A DNA stretch of 64,000 nt from positions 1 through 64,000 of the forward strand of contig MEDY01000098.1 of NCBI GenBank assembly GCA_001724265.1, given 5' to 3'. Every line of letters starts with the position of its first letter. Position 1 is the first letter of the stretch. Source of the DNA: Rhizaria sp. SCN 62-66 (lineage: Eukaryota). Both the position numbers and the translations under genes were made by a program. The notes beneath the pieces were generated by a model. That model did not search any database, was not told the DNA's origin, and worked only from the letters and a program-made list of their open reading frames with translations. Of this stretch, positions 60,885 to 64,000 are shown in pieces.

Positions 60885-62002
60885 GCGACAGGAAGGACGC
60901 GACACACCAAATACCTAGGCTCTTTCTTCGTTTACTTGAGTGACAAGCCAGATGATATGCTCGTTCCGTTATTGTGATCAAAGCGGGCATCGTTTCTACT
61001 TGGTTGTTCATTGGAGTGTCTATGTATATGTGTGCACAGTAGCGAACACGCAGTTGTTTTATTGAGACGCTGCACTCTGCTATGTTTTGCTGTGCTGTAT
61101 TGTGCTTTTCGTGGAGTGAAGCTTGCTTGTTCGCTCGCTTCCTCATGATGCCACAACTACACAGCGTTACGATGCGTTCACGTTACTGTTTATCCATACG
61201 CTCACACACTCACCGTATTTACATGCCTCTCAGTCGTATGCACGCGACAGCTCTCTTCCAGACTATCTAGTGCAGTTTCAATGAGCTGCTGCACGCACTG
61301 CATTGGCTGAGAGACACCACACACAAAGTGGCTGTGGTTATTACTGTTATGACGCAGAGCATTGCTCTGCGACGTCAACAACAGAACCACTGACATCACA
61401 ATCAACACGACACCACACAACTTTATAATCTCTGACATTTTCTTTGAAGCTTAACGAGTGTGTGCTGTATGTGCAACAATCACAGAGCGCGCCGCTCCCG
61501 CCCGCCCGCCCCGCCCCGCTGCCCCGGCGCCGCGCCGTTTGCCGGCCCCGGGCTCCAGCCGAGCGTGGTGCGCTGTGCTGGGCTATATCGCGGCGAGCGC
61601 GCTCTGACTGACGACCACAGCAACAACAACCGCATCAACAAACGGTCCGCGTCCTAACTTATAAAACACGTGCTTGGACTAAGATGCGCTGTTGTCGTCA
61701 GATGCTTTTATTTTTACGATATGATTTTGGTTTTATGTTATTTTCATTATATTTCAAGTTATTTCATACATAATAACATTATTACAACTTGCCAACTCTT
61801 TTGCATTCGTGTCAAGTTTGCCTAATTAGCAACGAACACAATTGATTTAAAACCATCTGTGTCAGACGTTAAAACGTCGGAGTTCTTTATTTAACAAAGT
61901 CACTATATAGCATTCTTCTTATCTTGATGTTCTTTGATGAGCAAAAATAATTCATCTGACATCTGACGAAGCAGAGACAATACTTGTCACAACATTTCTG
62001 TT

Positions 62003-64000
62003 TCACTTGCCAAGGCGTTGGTGCGAGTGCGCAAAAGCGTCTAGAGCAGCTGCAAGTGCCATATCCACGCGCACGGTCACTTGCAACCCATGAAGGAGCT
62101 TGGTGCTGGAGTTGGCAGCCATAGTAGCGTTAGGTCCGGGGCAGCTGTCAGCAGTGTTGATAGAGCGTGCCACCGTCACTGCAGTATCATACTGCGACTG
62201 CGGCCACTGGCCCTGCTGCTTTTGCTTCAGCGCAAGTGCCCGCGCACTGCTCACCGTCATTTGCTCGCTGCTCATAGTCAGCTGGCCGCTGCCCACAGTC
62301 ACTTGGTGGACCTCAGCAACGCGCAGCAGCCACGGGGGGAAGCCGCAGAGCACACGCGCACGCGTCAGTCCGCCGCTGGCGCTGTCATAAGCGGCAATCG
62401 AGCTGCTGTCTGAGGTACTGATACAAGAGCCGTTGAGCTGGAGAATAAGTTGCGGCTCTGTCGCGGGCATCGCGATTGACGTCGCCGTTGCGGCCAACAC
62501 GCGAGCACAGTCCTCAAGACGCGCATTTGCACTCAGATCCACCTTGTTTGCATCATTGGCAACGTGAGCCGCTGCCGCTGCCGCTGCCGCCGCCGCTGCT
62601 GCTGCTGCTATGACCGTGACGACTGCGAAGTGCGCACGCGCACTATCAAGTCTATCGGTGCCCATGCGCTGGAGCGAGTCGAGCGCGCGGCGTGCGCACT
62701 CGAACTCAAGAGTGCCACGTGTTCTCGCTGTCGACTCACTTTCTGCAGTAGTTGGGCTCTTAACATCAGCGGAGATCTCCGGCTCTGAGTTAGTCTCAGC
62801 GTTAGTGTCAGCGTCAGCGTCCGGCGTATCTGCAGTGGCCGTGTTTGCTTGACTGGAGGAGATCGCCTTCGCTTCAGCCGCCGCTGCGGCGCTGTTGCAT
62901 TGTTGCTGCAGCAGCGTGGCCGCCGCTAGCGCAAGCGCGGGCTTGCCATGCGCCGCGCTTACAGCTGTCACCCACACCACGCCCGCGCGCGGCAGTGCGG
63001 TAAGCTGGGACCGTGGCAGTAACGGCGGCAGCGACCGCGGCCACTCACGGTCACTCTCGTCACTGGGCGGCTCACGGTCACCAACGTTGTTGTCATCACT
63101 TGGGGGTGTGTAGAAATAAAGCCGCCTCGGGGCAGTGCAGCGGGAGCCGTCGCAACACAGCGCTGTCCCGGCATTGGCTCCAATGTCGCAGTCATTAGAC
63201 GCTGCGCCACCGTCTGCTGCGTCAGGTGGTTTGCTGTCAGTGGCAGTATTTGCGGTCACGCTGCTTAGACAGTCGCACATTGCCCTGACGACAAGAGCAC
63301 GGCGGCGCTTGCCTGCAGTCACGACATCTGCCACAGCACCCGCCACAATGCGCACTTGGTCCTGCGTGGACTGAGCCGCAGGCGACTGCGAGCTCTCAGG
63401 GGGTTGGTGCGAGCTCTCAGCGAGTGCGCAGTGTTGAGACTGAGTGGCAGTCGCGGGTGCGGGAGCGCAGGTACTTACAGCGCGTGAGTGGGTACTTAGA
63501 GGTGTAAGGGCCACCGACAGAGGCTCCACACACAACACGAACATAGGCTCAGGAGGCGTTGCCACTGACGACGCCACAGGCACCAGTGACGCCGTACTCG
63601 CAGTTTCAGCATTAACAGATGCAGATGCAGATGCAGATGTGGATGCGGGCGTAGATGCGGATGAGGATGACGTTGCGGCGAGAGCAGAGACAGCTGTGTT
63701 CGCAGCAGCTGCCGACATGGGCTGGGGACCGACCGTGACAGCGGGGTGACTGTGAGCAACAGGAGATGCCTGCAACACAGCCAACTGACTGTGGGCAGAG
63801 GCCCGGCGCAGTTCAGCCACAAACAACGGCCACAGACGCCCAATATCATCCTCATTGTGACTCTGCGGCTCATGCGACTGCGCCTCTGACTGCGATGGGG
63901 GTGTCAGTGAGCCGGTGACGTCGTACAGCGTGCAGTCAACCACGCCCACCAGCGCGACTCTAAGCAGAGCGCGCGCCACAAAAGCCGCGACCGCGCGCCT
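62003..64000 (-). CDS. NUS1: NUS1/Nogo-B receptor-like cis-prenyltransferase subunit, 5'-truncated by the window and expanded by low-complexity inserts
   Basis: EPQLILQLNG...LCGFPPWLLRVAEV...ALDAFAHSHQRLGK then TGA matches the NgBR C-terminus (PDLVLKFG..GFLPWHIRLTEI..EQRLGK, terminal RxG motif). Confidence 0.78.
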   Translation of the reverse strand, partial: RRAVAAFVARALLRVALVGVVDCTLYDVTGSLTPPSQSEAQSHEPQSHNEDDIGRLWPLFVAELRRASAHSQLAVLQASPVAHSHPAVTVGPQPMSAAAANTAVSALAATSSSSASTPASTSASASASVNAETASTASLVPVASSVATPPEPMFVLCVEPLSVALTPLSTHSRAVSTCAPAPATATQSQHCALAESSHQPPESSQSPAAQSTQDQVRIVAGAVADVVTAGKRRRALVVRAMCDCLSSVTANTATDSKPPDAADGGAASNDCDIGANAGTALCCDGSRCTAPRRLYFYTPPSDDNNVGDREPPSDESDREWPRSLPPLLPRSQLTALPRAGVVWVTAVSAAHGKPALALAAATLLQQQCNSAAAAAEAKAISSSQANTATADTPDADADTNAETNSEPEISADVKSPTTAESESTARTRGTLEFECARRALDSLQRMGTDRLDSARAHFAVVTVIAAAAAAAAAAAAAAHVANDANKVDLSANARLEDCARVLAATATSIAMPATEPQLILQLNGSCISTSDSSSIAAYDSASGGLTRARVLCGFPPWLLRVAEVHQVTVGSGQLTMSSEQMTVSSARALALKQKQQGQWPQSQYDTAVTVARSINTADSCPGPNATMAANSSTKLLHGLQVTVRVDMALAAALDAFAHSHQRLGK

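Overview
Eukaryotic (protist-like) nuclear DNA with GC-rich, Ala/Ser/Gln-rich exons separated by AT-richer spliceosomal introns and intergenic spacers. I can support 19 protein-coding genes: RPS11 (3' end), an AFG3/paraplegin-type m-AAA protease, AP-1/AP-2 beta-adaptin, an NDUFA13-like protein, a low-complexity protein, two head-to-head atypical kinases, PGK with a transit-peptide-like N-terminus, cyclophilin, ClpB/Hsp78, two tandem atypical kinases, a CxxC-plus-SDR protein, a PAC4-like protein, RPL22, Rab3GAP catalytic subunit, a ~3,600 aa low-complexity protein, NDUFV2 and NUS1 (3' part). The main finding is an apparent non-standard nuclear genetic code. Seven in-frame TAG codons interrupt four otherwise intact genes, several inside Gln-rich tracts and between conserved domain halves. 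All 19 genes end in TAA (10) or TGA (9), none in TAG. This points to UAG read as an amino acid, most likely Gln, while UAA stays a stop, in an organism with aerobic mitochondria. Secondary signals are a near-invariant GTACG 5' splice site, an inverted effector-like kinase pair flanked by gene-fragment patchwork and a 37-bp hairpin, and probable mitochondrial PGK. All homology calls are from recalled motifs; no searches were run.
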